Below, piece after piece: positions 41,243-50,238 of a DNA stretch of 64,000 nucleotides. Numbering within the stretch: position 1 is the stretch's first letter; every line of letters begins with the position of its first letter. Where the stretch lies: assembly GCA_963806715.1 (NCBI GenBank), contig CAWEAV010000080.1, positions 1,501 through 65,500 on the forward strand, read 5' to 3'. This DNA comes from an uncultured delta proteobacterium (GTDB taxonomy: Bacteria > Desulfobacterota > BSN033 > UBA1163). The position numbers and the translations under genes are program-made. A model generated the notes under the pieces. It was given only the letters and a program-made list of their open reading frames with translations, had not been told where the DNA came from and did not search any database.

Positions 41243-42169
41243 ATGAAAACGATGCGGTATCCGACGGTTATCCTCGAAGGGAAAAAGCTGCCAAGGATTA
41301 TTCCATCTATAGAACCCGCGCCTCCATCGGGACTTGAGGAGATTTCGTCCCTGATGAGGAAAGCCTATGAGATGGAGGCATGGTGTTTCGATCTTCCCAC
41401 AGTAAAACACTACCAATCTTTCAGGGAATTGAGGGTATTGACGGAAGATGAAGACCTCATTGGCCTCCCCCATATTGGGGCCAAGGAAGGAGTTTCTCTC
41501 TCAGGGATTCCTCTTCATCGGTTCGAAACAAAAGTAAGCGGAACAATCATGAAGAACCTCTTCCCTCCCGATCTTGTCCGGAATTTAAGAGAAATGGGCA
41601 TTTGGAAGAGCCCCTATTTCTTTCCTGACCTTGAAACTTTTGAAGTCTTCACCCAGAAAGAGATCGATCGCATCAGCTTCGATTCCTCCCGTTTTGACAA
41701 AGCCCTTTCTCCTTTTCGACCGAATACGTCCCCTTTCCTCTTCATTGGAGAAAAATATGGGGATTGGCTTCTGGGGTTGGGACGCGTGGATCTTCTTAAA
41801 GAGATGGTTCTCAGGGTCAGGGAAAAGGGGTTCATCCCGATCCTGTCCGGCCAATGGGCCACTTTTTTCCTACCCAAGGCCAAACCCCTTGACGCAGCAG
41901 CCTATGCCATCCCTATCAACAAAAAGAGGAGCTTTTTTGATCTTGGTCATGCCTGCGAACTCATCAAGAAGTTCGATAGACCTGTCATCAGCCTCGATTC
42001 CCTCGGGGACAAAGAACTTTCGAAAACACCTGACGAAGCCTTCTCATTTCTCTTCGAAGAACTGAAGATCCATCTTGCCATCGTTAAAGTCAGGACAGAG
42101 GAAGAAATGGAACGAATCCTGAAGTCTTCCGAAAAGATTCCATCCCTTATGCCCCACCGAAAAACATGA
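41243..42169 (+). CDS. Hypothetical protein (about 309 aa)
   Basis: A long uninterrupted ORF, taking the start at the ATG of MKTMRYP. No recognisable domain. It is divergent from the sfsA-DUF123 gene. Confidence 0.45.
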   Translation: MKTMRYPTVILEGKKLPRIIPSIEPAPPSGLEEISSLMRKAYEMEAWCFDLPTVKHYQSFRELRVLTEDEDLIGLPHIGAKEGVSLSGIPLHRFETKVSGTIMKNLFPPDLVRNLREMGIWKSPYFFPDLETFEVFTQKEIDRISFDSSRFDKALSPFRPNTSPFLFIGEKYGDWLLGLGRVDLLKEMVLRVREKGFIPILSGQWATFFLPKAKPLDAAAYAIPINKKRSFFDLGHACELIKKFDRPVISLDSLGDKELSKTPDEAFSFLFEELKIHLAIVKVRTEEEMERILKSSEKIPSLMPHRKT

Positions 42170-42797
42170 TTGCGCCTGTCACCAGAGGAATGCTGAGATT
42201 ATCATTTAGCCGGATCGGTAGCACTTCAATCAAGGTGCCCCCCAAGGCGGCCAGAGTCCCTGAGAAACGATTCAGATTGGGGTGGAGCCAGACAATCAGC
42301 AAAGAAGTAAAAAAGAAAGCCGCGCTTCCTTCCAGGGTTTTTCCAAAGATGCGAATCCGCCCCATCCCTTTCCCGACGAGAGCGGCGGCAGTATCGGAAA
42401 GGATGAGGATCAGAAGGCTCGTAATGGCAATCGGCTTTGGAAAAAGGAGGACCGCCAGGATGGTCGAGAAAAGAAAATAGGTTGAACCCATCAGAGTCGG
42501 TTTCTCTTCTTCCCTGAGAACTCGTCCAAAAAAGAACCGTTTAAAAAGGGAGGCCATTCCCGCATGAAAGTGGCGAAGGAGATCAACGGAGAGAAGACTT
42601 AAAAAAAGAGGGACAACAAAGAGAAGCACTGTTTCTCGAGAGGTCAGAGCGTACCCGATGGGAATGATCAGGGTGGCAAGATGAACCATCTTTCTTCTGA
42701 TCTCTACGCCACTGATCATCCCTTTCAACTCCAGCTCGGACTGATTCGTTCGGAATTCGGAGTATTTGATTTTTAAAAGCGCATAAATAATTCGCAC
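42147..42797 (-). CDS. CTP-dependent polyprenol/dolichol/phytol kinase or CdsA-family membrane protein
   Basis: It is polytopic, and SDTAAALVGKGMGRIRIFGKTLEGS matches the cytidylyltransferase-family motif. The real start may be the internal Met near 42719. Confidence 0.6.
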   Translation of the reverse strand: MRIIYALLKIKYSEFRTNQSELELKGMISGVEIRRKMVHLATLIIPIGYALTSRETVLLFVVPLFLSLLSVDLLRHFHAGMASLFKRFFFGRVLREEEKPTLMGSTYFLFSTILAVLLFPKPIAITSLLILILSDTAAALVGKGMGRIRIFGKTLEGSAAFFFTSLLIVWLHPNLNRFSGTLAALGGTLIEVLPIRLNDNLSIPLVTGAIMFFGGA

Positions 42798-43197
42798 CCA
42801 ATTGAGCGATTCTTGCGGGTTGTCATTCTAAGGGGCCGACAGGCGACGAAGAATCTTACAAATTAGATTCAGCCAAAGAAAGATTCTTCGCTTAGCCCAG
42901 AATGCAAAAAATCCCTCATGTTTCTTTATGGAAAAAAATCGCTCAATTTAGGCTGCAGTGAAGGGCTTTGTGCCCGCTATCTTCCGCCCATGATGGGTTA
43001 CTACCCCAATTGAGTCAACAAATCTCGACAAATCCCCTCTGACTCCCCTTTACTAAAGGGGAGGACTAATTGTTATCCCCCTTTCGTAAAAGGGGGATGG
43101 AGGGGGATTTTGATAGAGCGCTCTGCAAGCTCTTTAATGGTTTCATCATCAGGGAAATATTTGATTGAAGAACTCATTTTTCGCTCAATTGGGGTAC
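42796..43197. repeat. Cluster of nested inverted repeats
   Basis: - AATTGAGCG occurs at 42800-42808, with its reverse complement at 42940-42948.
- CCCCAATTGAG occurs at 43004-43014, with the reverse complement at 43182-43194.
- Inner hairpin CGAAGAATCTT / AAGATTCTTCG lies around 42846-42891.
- Two further hairpins: CTCCCCTT / AAGGGGAG (43043-43063) and ATCCCCCTT / AAGGGGGAT (43075-43098). Confidence 0.5.
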
Positions 43198-44024
43198 AAC
43201 TTTAATTTCTTAGTTATCTTAATCTCCGAACTCTGAACTCCGAACTCACGACTTGTCTTTTCCGAACTCCGAATGATTGACTTCCTATTCTCAGCCTTAA
43301 CCTTTAGGGTCTTTATCTTTTCAATCTCTTCAGGGGTGAGATAACGAAATTGCCCGAGGGGAAGACTGCCTAACTGGATGGGTCCAAACCCCACCCGTTT
43401 CAATTTGAGAACGGGATGCCCAATGGCAGCGAATATTCGCTTGACCAGATGATTTCTTCCTTCGGTCACAACAACCCGTACCCAGCTATGCTTCTCCTTT
43501 TCGCTGACAACAAGACAGGAGGCGACCTTAGCCCTTCCATCATCGAGCCTCACTCCTCTCTTTAATCGGACCAAATCTTTCTCCTCTGGAACCCCTATCA
43601 CTTTTGCCAGGTAGGTCCTCGGAGTCTCAAATCGAGGGTGGGTGAGAATATTTGCAAGCTCTCCATCATTGGTCAGAATGAGGAGCCCTTCGGCATCAAA
43701 GTCGAGCCGACCCACCGGGTAAACCTTCTCCCTCACTGCCTTGCAAAGATCGATCACAGTAGGCCTCTCATGAGGGTCCTCCACAGTTGAAAGATAATTT
43801 CGAGGTTTGTTCAGAAGGAGGGTCACTCTGGATTCAAGTCGAGTAATCAGTTTTCCGTCAACCTTGATGTGATCTTTCAAAGGATCAGCCTTTGACCCTA
43901 ATGTATCAACGACTCTGCCGTTGACCGTTACCCTCCCGTGAAGAATCAGTTCTTCTGCTTCCCTCCTCGAGACAATTCCGGCTTGAGACAATATTTTTTG
44001 TATCCGCTCAAGAGACATCTTCAT
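43185..44024 (-). CDS. rluB: 23S rRNA pseudouridine synthase RluB-like (S4 domain plus RsuA/RluB catalytic domain)
   Basis: It has an S4 N-terminus (LERIQKILSQAGIVSRREAEELI) and the catalytic GRLDFDAEGLL motif. The last 25 or so codons run through CCGAACTC repeats and the CCCCAATTGAGCG repeat, so the natural C-terminus is uncertain. Confidence 0.85.
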   Translation of the reverse strand: MKMSLERIQKILSQAGIVSRREAEELILHGRVTVNGRVVDTLGSKADPLKDHIKVDGKLITRLESRVTLLLNKPRNYLSTVEDPHERPTVIDLCKAVREKVYPVGRLDFDAEGLLILTNDGELANILTHPRFETPRTYLAKVIGVPEEKDLVRLKRGVRLDDGRAKVASCLVVSEKEKHSWVRVVVTEGRNHLVKRIFAAIGHPVLKLKRVGFGPIQLGSLPLGQFRYLTPEEIEKIKTLKVKAENRKSIIRSSEKTSREFGVQSSEIKITKKLKLYPN

Positions 44025-44658
44025 CCCCAGGGTAATCGACCTCCTCTAATACCTCTTCAATTTCTGTCTCCACTGTGGAGGGACTCGGTGGAGATGGGCT
44101 TTCCCCGCCTTCGGTCTTGGGCATTTCTCCCGCGGTTGGCGGAGGGATGACCTCTTTGAGGCTCGGAAGATCCGAAATCGCGTTGAGGCCAAAGAGCTCA
44201 AGAAAGGTCTTCGTGGTCCCATAGATCATGGGCCGCCCTGGAAGGTCCTTTCTTCCCATCATCTTCACCAACCCTTTCTCCATCAGGGTCCGAAGAACCC
44301 ATCCCGAATCCGCACCCCGGATCTGCTCAATTTCGGGCCGGATAATCGGCTGACGGTAGGCAACCATGGCTAAGGTCTCCAGGGCGGATCGGCTCAGCTT
44401 TACGGCCTTGACCTTTCTGAGACGGTTAACCCATTCCGCCCATCGGGGTTTTGTCCGAAACTGATATCCTCCCGCAACCTCAACCAGTTCAACCCCTCTC
44501 GAATCCTCTTCGCAATCGGCTTGAAGCTCCTGGATTCCCTTCCGCATGGCTTCCGGGTCTAATTCCGGGAGAATCTCCACGAGGGTTTCGAACCGAATCG
44601 GTATCCCTGAGACGAATAGGATGCTCTCTAAGATCGGTTTGATATCAACTTCATCCAT
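44008..44658 (-). CDS. scpB: Segregation and condensation protein B
   Basis: ILESILFVSG...LETLAMVAYRQPI...IRG...LMEKGLV is the ScpB pattern. Confidence 0.85.
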   Translation of the reverse strand: MDEVDIKPILESILFVSGIPIRFETLVEILPELDPEAMRKGIQELQADCEEDSRGVELVEVAGGYQFRTKPRWAEWVNRLRKVKAVKLSRSALETLAMVAYRQPIIRPEIEQIRGADSGWVLRTLMEKGLVKMMGRKDLPGRPMIYGTTKTFLELFGLNAISDLPSLKEVIPPPTAGEMPKTEGGESPSPPSPSTVETEIEEVLEEVDYPGDEDVS

Positions 44659-44667
44659 AACCTCATC

Positions 44668-44898
44668 CTATTTCGATTCGTTAAAATCGATTTTCTCTCC
44701 TACAGAAATGGAAGAAACGGCGTGCTTATAAATGAGCTGGTCCTCCTCACCCCTCAGGATGAGGCTGAAATTGTCAAAACTCATAATGATACCTTCGATC
44801 TTTTGACCGGTGATCAGTTCTATGGTCACACGGGTCCGATCTCGGCGTATTTGATTGAGAAACTGATCCTGAATATTGATTTGATTCTTGATCATCAT
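44668..44898 (-). CDS. hfq: RNA chaperone Hfq
   Basis: It has Sm motifs QDQFLNQIRRDRTRVTIELITGQKIEGIIMSFDNFSLIL...IYKHAVSSI. It lies downstream of miaA, as is usual. Confidence 0.9.
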   Translation of the reverse strand: MMIKNQINIQDQFLNQIRRDRTRVTIELITGQKIEGIIMSFDNFSLILRGEEDQLIYKHAVSSISVGEKIDFNESK

Positions 44899-44901
44899 CC
44901 T

Positions 44902-45849
44902 TTACCCTCCTCCCACCAAAAAAGATGAAACTTCCTGAAAGACCCTTTGCGGATCCAAAGGCTCATCACACCAGCGAACGTCTGGATCGGCCTTAAACCA
45001 CGTCCATTGCCGTTTTGCATAGCGACGCGTATCCGTTTTGATCTGCCGAATTGCCTCGGCCCGATCCATCTTCTTCAGAATCACCTGAGTTAATTGTTTA
45101 TAACCCAAACTCTGCATTGGCTTCAATCGGGGTCCATATCCCATTCCCATTAACCTCTCGACTTCTTCAAGGAATCCTTGCTCCATCATCCGGTTGACCC
45201 TCTCTTCAATTCGCCGGTAGAGTTTTCCGCGGTCCATTTCGAGGCCGATCTTTAAAAGGCGATAGGGCCTGTCTCCAAAGCAGTGCTGCTCCCTGAAAAA
45301 CGAAACAGGGGTTCCTGTGGATTCAAACACTTCCAGAGCCCGTATGACTCGGAAAAGATCGTTTTGATGAAGTTGAGCGGCCGTTTTAGGATCGACTTCC
45401 TTTAACCGATCATAAAGAAAATCGCTGCCCTTCTCCTCTTCCTCCTGTTTTAACCTCTCTCTTACACCGGGATCAATGGGTGGACTTGGGAAAAGCCCCT
45501 GGGTGAGGGCCTTGATATAAAGGCCTGTCCCCCCCACGATCCAAATAGACTTTCCCCTCTTGTCCAGTTGTTCGATGACCCTTCGCCCCAAAGTTCGATA
45601 TAGGCCTGCGTGAAAAGGCTCATCCGGATGGACCAGGTCGATCAAATGATGCTGGACCCTCTTCTGTTCTTCCGGAGATGGCTTGCCAGTACCAATATCC
45701 ATGTATTTATAGACCTGCATGGAATCGGCGCTGATAATTTCACCCCCGGAATTCTCGGCCAACGCAATGGCCAATCGAGTCTTTCCCACCCCTGTTGGGC
45801 CAAGGACAACCACGAGCTGAGGACGATCTGTTACCGGTCGGGAAACCAT
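44902..45849 (-). CDS. miaA: tRNA dimethylallyltransferase
   Basis: It has the P-loop VVLGPTGVGKTRLAIALA, plus SADSMQVYKYMDIGTGKP. Confidence 0.9.
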   Translation of the reverse strand: MVSRPVTDRPQLVVVLGPTGVGKTRLAIALAENSGGEIISADSMQVYKYMDIGTGKPSPEEQKRVQHHLIDLVHPDEPFHAGLYRTLGRRVIEQLDKRGKSIWIVGGTGLYIKALTQGLFPSPPIDPGVRERLKQEEEEKGSDFLYDRLKEVDPKTAAQLHQNDLFRVIRALEVFESTGTPVSFFREQHCFGDRPYRLLKIGLEMDRGKLYRRIEERVNRMMEQGFLEEVERLMGMGYGPRLKPMQSLGYKQLTQVILKKMDRAEAIRQIKTDTRRYAKRQWTWFKADPDVRWCDEPLDPQRVFQEVSSFLVGGG

Positions 45850-46082
45850 GTTGTAAAAATTCTAATGAATTCAAAGTGAGACTTCAAGTTTTTCAGTTCA
45901 TAATGGAGCCCCATGGACAAAGACCCCACCTTCTGCAGAGGCGAATAAAAACTCTTGAAAAGAATGAGCCACTAATATAAGATAGAGCCATTTCATCCTT
46001 TTGCTGGTTTAAGCCTCATTCTCTTCAAAGACAGGATGAGCAACCCGTGCCAAGTGTAGCTTCATTTCATTAGGAGCCTTTT

Positions 46083-46892
46083 ATGTCAACCCAAATCGTC
46101 CATCCTCGATCCAATCCTGAATTGAAATGTCTTTACGAAATTGCCCGACTCCCCCATCCAAACCAGCTCCAGGACTATTTCCTGGGCGTCATGAAAATCA
46201 TGTCTCAATATTTCCCGATCGAATATTCGGCGCTCATCCTCCACGATTCACAAAAGAATTTCTTTTCGGTGGAAGCCCTCTATGGAATTGGAAGGGAAGA
46301 TCACCCTTCGGGTTGTCACCAGCGGACAGGGGTCATCAGTAAAGTCCTTGCGTCGCGCCTCCCCATGGTCATTCAAGATCTCGGACACGAGCCCCTTTAC
46401 CATGAAATAGGCAAAGGAACGAAACGGGTTGAGAAGATTCATCCACCCATGCTCTGCGTTCCCATCATCGCAGACCGGGTCCCCATCGGTGTCCTCACGA
46501 CCAGTTCCCTCTATGGCCCGAGGGAGGACTTGGCCGAAGATCTGCAATTTCTCTCGATGCTTGCCATCATCCTGTCCCCGGTCATCAAGGACCTTCAGGG
46601 CAGAAAGAACGAGCCCCTTGCTAAATCGGATAATCCAAAGTTAAAATTTTTGGTATTGGAAGAAAGCTTGGAGGCAAAACTCACCGAGGTCCTGGACAAG
46701 CTTGCTCCTTATGCGGACTCGAACACACAAACAGGAATTCTGGATGACATTGTTTCCGTGGTTGAAAAAATCCTGATCCGGTCTGCGCTGGAGAGGATGG
46801 AACATGTCCAGGTCGCCGCGGCTCAACTCTTGGGGATAAACCGAAACACGCTCCACAAAAAGATGAAGGAGCTCAAGATTAAACCGCGGTGA
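46083..46892 (+). CDS. GAF domain / Fis-type HTH transcriptional regulator (no AAA+ module)
   Basis: It has an N-terminal GAF-like region and the C-terminal motif QVAAAQLLGINRNTLHKKMKELKI. Confidence 0.65.
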   Translation: MSTQIVHPRSNPELKCLYEIARLPHPNQLQDYFLGVMKIMSQYFPIEYSALILHDSQKNFFSVEALYGIGREDHPSGCHQRTGVISKVLASRLPMVIQDLGHEPLYHEIGKGTKRVEKIHPPMLCVPIIADRVPIGVLTTSSLYGPREDLAEDLQFLSMLAIILSPVIKDLQGRKNEPLAKSDNPKLKFLVLEESLEAKLTEVLDKLAPYADSNTQTGILDDIVSVVEKILIRSALERMEHVQVAAAQLLGINRNTLHKKMKELKIKPR

Positions 46893-46999
46893 TTCATTTT
46901 CGGCTTGTGGATTGCAGAATTCGGAATGAATCCCCTGAAATCATCCATCTGAAATCTGAAATTATCAAACAACCCATCACTGATGAGGCATAATCAATC

Positions 47000-47686
47000 A
47001 TGTCCGATATCGAAAATACCGTAAAGATCGAATCTATCTGTCGCCAGTGGGGGTGTTCCCTCTTTGGGGTGGCCAATCTCCAGACCTTTCGGAAAGAGGG
47101 AAGCCTTCTTTCCCCGAGAATCATGGAGCGGCATCCCCGTGCGATTTCGATCGGGTATCATCTCTCCGATGCCGTCCTGGATGACATTGAAGACCGACCT
47201 ACCCCCCTCTATTTTCAACATTATCAGAGAGTCAACATTCTTCTTGATACCCTTGGGCTCATCCTGACCAATGCCATGCAAGACCTCGGATACCACGCCG
47301 TACCCATCCCTGCTTCCCAACTGGTAGATTGGGTAAACCAGAGAGGGCATCTCTCGCACAAGCATGTGGCGCAGGCAGCGGGAATCGGATGGATTGGCCG
47401 GAACAACCTTCTCGTTAATGAACGGTATGGAGCAAGGATTCGTCTCCTGACCGTCCTGACCGACCTCCCTCTTCGGAACAGTTCGCCATCATTCGAAAAC
47501 TGCGGCTCATGCCGTGCCTGTATGACTGTCTGCCCGGCAGGGGCCATTAAGGAACGAAGAGAGGACTTCGATCACATCCGCTGCTATGAGCAACTGAAAG
47601 TATTTTCAAAAACGCTCCGTTTCAGCCACCAGATCTGCGGCGTTTGCGTCAAAGCATGCCAAGGACGACAAGGAAACAAGGAATAA
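47000..47686 (+). CDS. Epoxyqueuosine-reductase-related / reductive-dehalogenase-like 4Fe-4S protein
   Basis: HKHVAQAAGIGWIGRNNLLVNERYGARIRL and CGSCRACMTVCPAGAI resemble the QueG family core. It is shorter than canonical QueG. Confidence 0.5.
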   Translation: MSDIENTVKIESICRQWGCSLFGVANLQTFRKEGSLLSPRIMERHPRAISIGYHLSDAVLDDIEDRPTPLYFQHYQRVNILLDTLGLILTNAMQDLGYHAVPIPASQLVDWVNQRGHLSHKHVAQAAGIGWIGRNNLLVNERYGARIRLLTVLTDLPLRNSSPSFENCGSCRACMTVCPAGAIKERREDFDHIRCYEQLKVFSKTLRFSHQICGVCVKACQGRQGNKE

Positions 47687-47850
47687 CCAAATCTCAAGCA
47701 CCAAGAATCAAATAATGACCAAAATCTCAATGACCAAAATGGTTCCTGTCGCTCGGCCCTCTCCAGAGTGGGAAGAGGGAAAAAAGAGGGGCGTTTTGGT
47801 AATTTGAATTTGGCAATTGGTATTCCATGGAAAATAGTGCAAAACATTGT

Positions 47851-47937
47851 CCTCCCCCCTTGCGGGGGAGGATGAAGGTGGGGGGTAACAAGTCATGTCC
47901 ACCCTCACCCGCACCCTCCCCCATCGAGAGGGAGGGG
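47851..47937. repeat. GC-rich hairpins of the CCCTCACCC family
   Basis: CCTCCCCC / GGGGGAGG (47851-47871), CCCTCACCC (47902-47910), and CCCTCCC / GGGAGGG (47914-47936). Confidence 0.5.
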
Positions 47938-47984
47938 ATTGGTTCTATTTTCATAGTTCGTGGGTGATAAGCTTATCATGTAAA

Positions 47985-48031
47985 ATTCATTTGGGATTTG
48001 GAATCTGGTTACTGAAATTTGATTTGATTGG
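47985..48031. repeat. AT-rich TTTGG-type intergenic spacer repeat (copy C); related reverse-oriented copies at 47714-47742
   Basis: TCATTTGGGATTTGGAATCTGGTTACTGAAATTTGATTTGATTGG. It shares TCATTTGG and TGGTTACT with copies A and B. Confidence 0.4.
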
Positions 48032-48076
48032 CCTTGATTGATGTAAGCGTTATGTTCTGGTAATAAGGCACTTATT

Positions 48077-49939
48077 ATGACAAGTTACGATGTGATTGTC
48101 GTGGGGGGTGGACATGCAGGAATCGAAGCCTCTCTGGCCTCGGCCCGGATGGGCCATCCTACCCTTCTCATCACCCAGAATGTTGACCAGATCGGTTATA
48201 TGTCCTGCAATCCAGCGGTTGGTGGCTTGGCCAAAGGGCATCTCGTAAAAGAGATTGATGCCCTTGGCGGAGAGATGGGCAGGGCAACGGATGAAACAGG
48301 CATTCAGTTCCGCCAGATTAACACCACAAAGGGGCCCGCTGTCCGCTCTTCAAGGGCACAGGTTGACCGGCAGCAGTACCGCCTCCGGATGAAAAAGGCG
48401 ATCGAGGACCAGGAGAATCTCTTCATGAAGCAGGCAACGGTTGAAGAGATTCTGATTGAAGACAATCGGATCGTCGGTATAAAGACCCATCTGGGGGAAG
48501 AGATTCAGGCCCGAACCCTGATTCTGACTCCCGGGACTTTCCTGAATGGCCTCATTCACATCGGACTAACCCATTTCCCTTCCGGAAGAATGGGAGACCC
48601 TCCTTCTGTTGGTTTATCTGAATCTCTCAAAGGACTTGGATTCCGTGTGGGAAGGCTGAAGACCGGAACAACACCAAGGCTCGATGGCCATACCATTGAC
48701 TTCTCCAAACTTTCTGCACAATGGGGAGACACAAACCCTGTCCCCTTTTCTTTCTCGACCTTAAAAATCGAAATAGAACAGGTCCCCTGTTATCTGACTT
48801 ATACGAATGAAACGACCCATGCGATCATTAAGAGCGGCCTCGACCGTTCCCCTCTCTATTGCGGTATCATCAAAGGAGTTGGCCCGCGGTATTGCCCTTC
48901 CATTGAGGATAAGGTGGTCCGATTTGCCGATAAGAAAAGGCACCAGGTTTTTCTTGAGCCCGATGGCCGGATGACGACTGAGATCTATCCCAATGGCATT
49001 TCGACCAGCCTGCCCCTGGATATTCAAATCCGAATGCTGAGATCGATTGAGGGTCTCGAGGATGTGGAGATCATCCGGCCAGGTTATGCCATCGAATATG
49101 ATTTCGTGGACCCTACAGAGCTAAATCCTTCTCTCGAAACCAAGAAGATCCGTGGCCTCTTTCACGCGGGTCAGATCAATGGAACATCGGGCTATGAAGA
49201 GGCAGCAGCGCAAGGATTGGTGGCCGGGATCAATGCCTGCCTTTCCATTCGCGGAGAAGAGCCTCTCATTCTGAAGCGCTCTGATGCCTATATCGGGGTT
49301 CTCATCGACGACCTCGTCACCAAAGGAACAGGCGAGCCTTACCGGATGTTTACTTCCCGGGCCGAATATCGTCTACACCTCAGAGAAGACAATGCCGATT
49401 TAAGGTTGAGTGAGAAAGGGTACCAGATTGGATTATTGAAAGGAGAAGATTACCGACCCTTTCTTGAGAAAAAATCGGCTATCGAAAGGACTCTCTCAAA
49501 GATCTCAGGCTTCAAGATCAATCCCACCAAGGAGAATTCCGGGATCGTCCAGCAATTGGGAAGCGGTCCCTTGAAGAAAGATATCTCACTTCAGGAATTA
49601 CTCAAAAGACCGGAAATTCACTTTGAGCATCTTTCCGTCTTCGATCCGGATCTGAAATCGGTCCTCAAAGAAGTCTGGGAGCAGGTGGAGATTCAGGTGA
49701 AATATGAGGGCTATATCAAAAGACAGATGGACCAGATCGAGCGGTTTCAAAAATTGGAAGAGGTCGATTTCCCGAAAGATTTCGATTTTAGTTCGGTGAT
49801 CGGTCTCTCAAAAGAGGTCATGGAAAAGCTGAAAAGAATTCGCCCCTATTCCCTTGGCCAGGCTTCTCGGATCTCGGGTGTGACGCCTGCCGCCCTCTCC
49901 ATCTTAATGGTTAACCTCAAGAAACAGGGACATCTATGA
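48077..49939 (+). CDS. mnmG: tRNA uridine 5-carboxymethylaminomethyl modification enzyme MnmG (GidA)
   Basis: Uninterrupted 620 aa. YDVIVVGGGHAGIEASLASARMG...NPAVGGLAKGHLVKEIDALGG is canonical. Confidence 0.95.
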   Translation: MTSYDVIVVGGGHAGIEASLASARMGHPTLLITQNVDQIGYMSCNPAVGGLAKGHLVKEIDALGGEMGRATDETGIQFRQINTTKGPAVRSSRAQVDRQQYRLRMKKAIEDQENLFMKQATVEEILIEDNRIVGIKTHLGEEIQARTLILTPGTFLNGLIHIGLTHFPSGRMGDPPSVGLSESLKGLGFRVGRLKTGTTPRLDGHTIDFSKLSAQWGDTNPVPFSFSTLKIEIEQVPCYLTYTNETTHAIIKSGLDRSPLYCGIIKGVGPRYCPSIEDKVVRFADKKRHQVFLEPDGRMTTEIYPNGISTSLPLDIQIRMLRSIEGLEDVEIIRPGYAIEYDFVDPTELNPSLETKKIRGLFHAGQINGTSGYEEAAAQGLVAGINACLSIRGEEPLILKRSDAYIGVLIDDLVTKGTGEPYRMFTSRAEYRLHLREDNADLRLSEKGYQIGLLKGEDYRPFLEKKSAIERTLSKISGFKINPTKENSGIVQQLGSGPLKKDISLQELLKRPEIHFEHLSVFDPDLKSVLKEVWEQVEIQVKYEGYIKRQMDQIERFQKLEEVDFPKDFDFSSVIGLSKEVMEKLKRIRPYSLGQASRISGVTPAALSILMVNLKKQGHL

Positions 49940-50238
49940 ATTTTTACACGGTTAAGTCTGATGTTGCAAAAACCTTCCCGTGGAGAAGCGGACAGGTGGG
50001 CTGAAAACCATTAAAGCGGAAACCTTTGACAGGTTGATTGACTGATGAGATTCCATACTTCCTGGACTTCCCCTTTGGTGAAGTTGAGGATGAACCCTAA
50101 AATATTAAAGGAGACCGCGTTTTAAGGGTTTGAAAGCCTACCTGTCCGCGAAATTTGTGCAACTATAATAGGGTTAAGTCTGAGAATTTGTCTCTTACCC
50201 CCTGCTGAGGCCGCATATCCGTATTAAGAGGGAGGATT

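Noticed and set aside
42796-43197. A CRISPR array as the explanation for the repeat-rich spacers here, at 47690-48076 and at 57029-57404.
   Set aside because: The repeats are inverted rather than direct, irregularly spaced and of different lengths, and no cas genes are present in the window.
50042-50049. CTGATGAG, the conserved hammerhead-ribozyme core word, in the mnmG downstream spacer.
   Set aside because: I could not find a matching GAAA core element or flanking helices I, II and III in the appropriate spacing. A single 8-mer is expected by chance.
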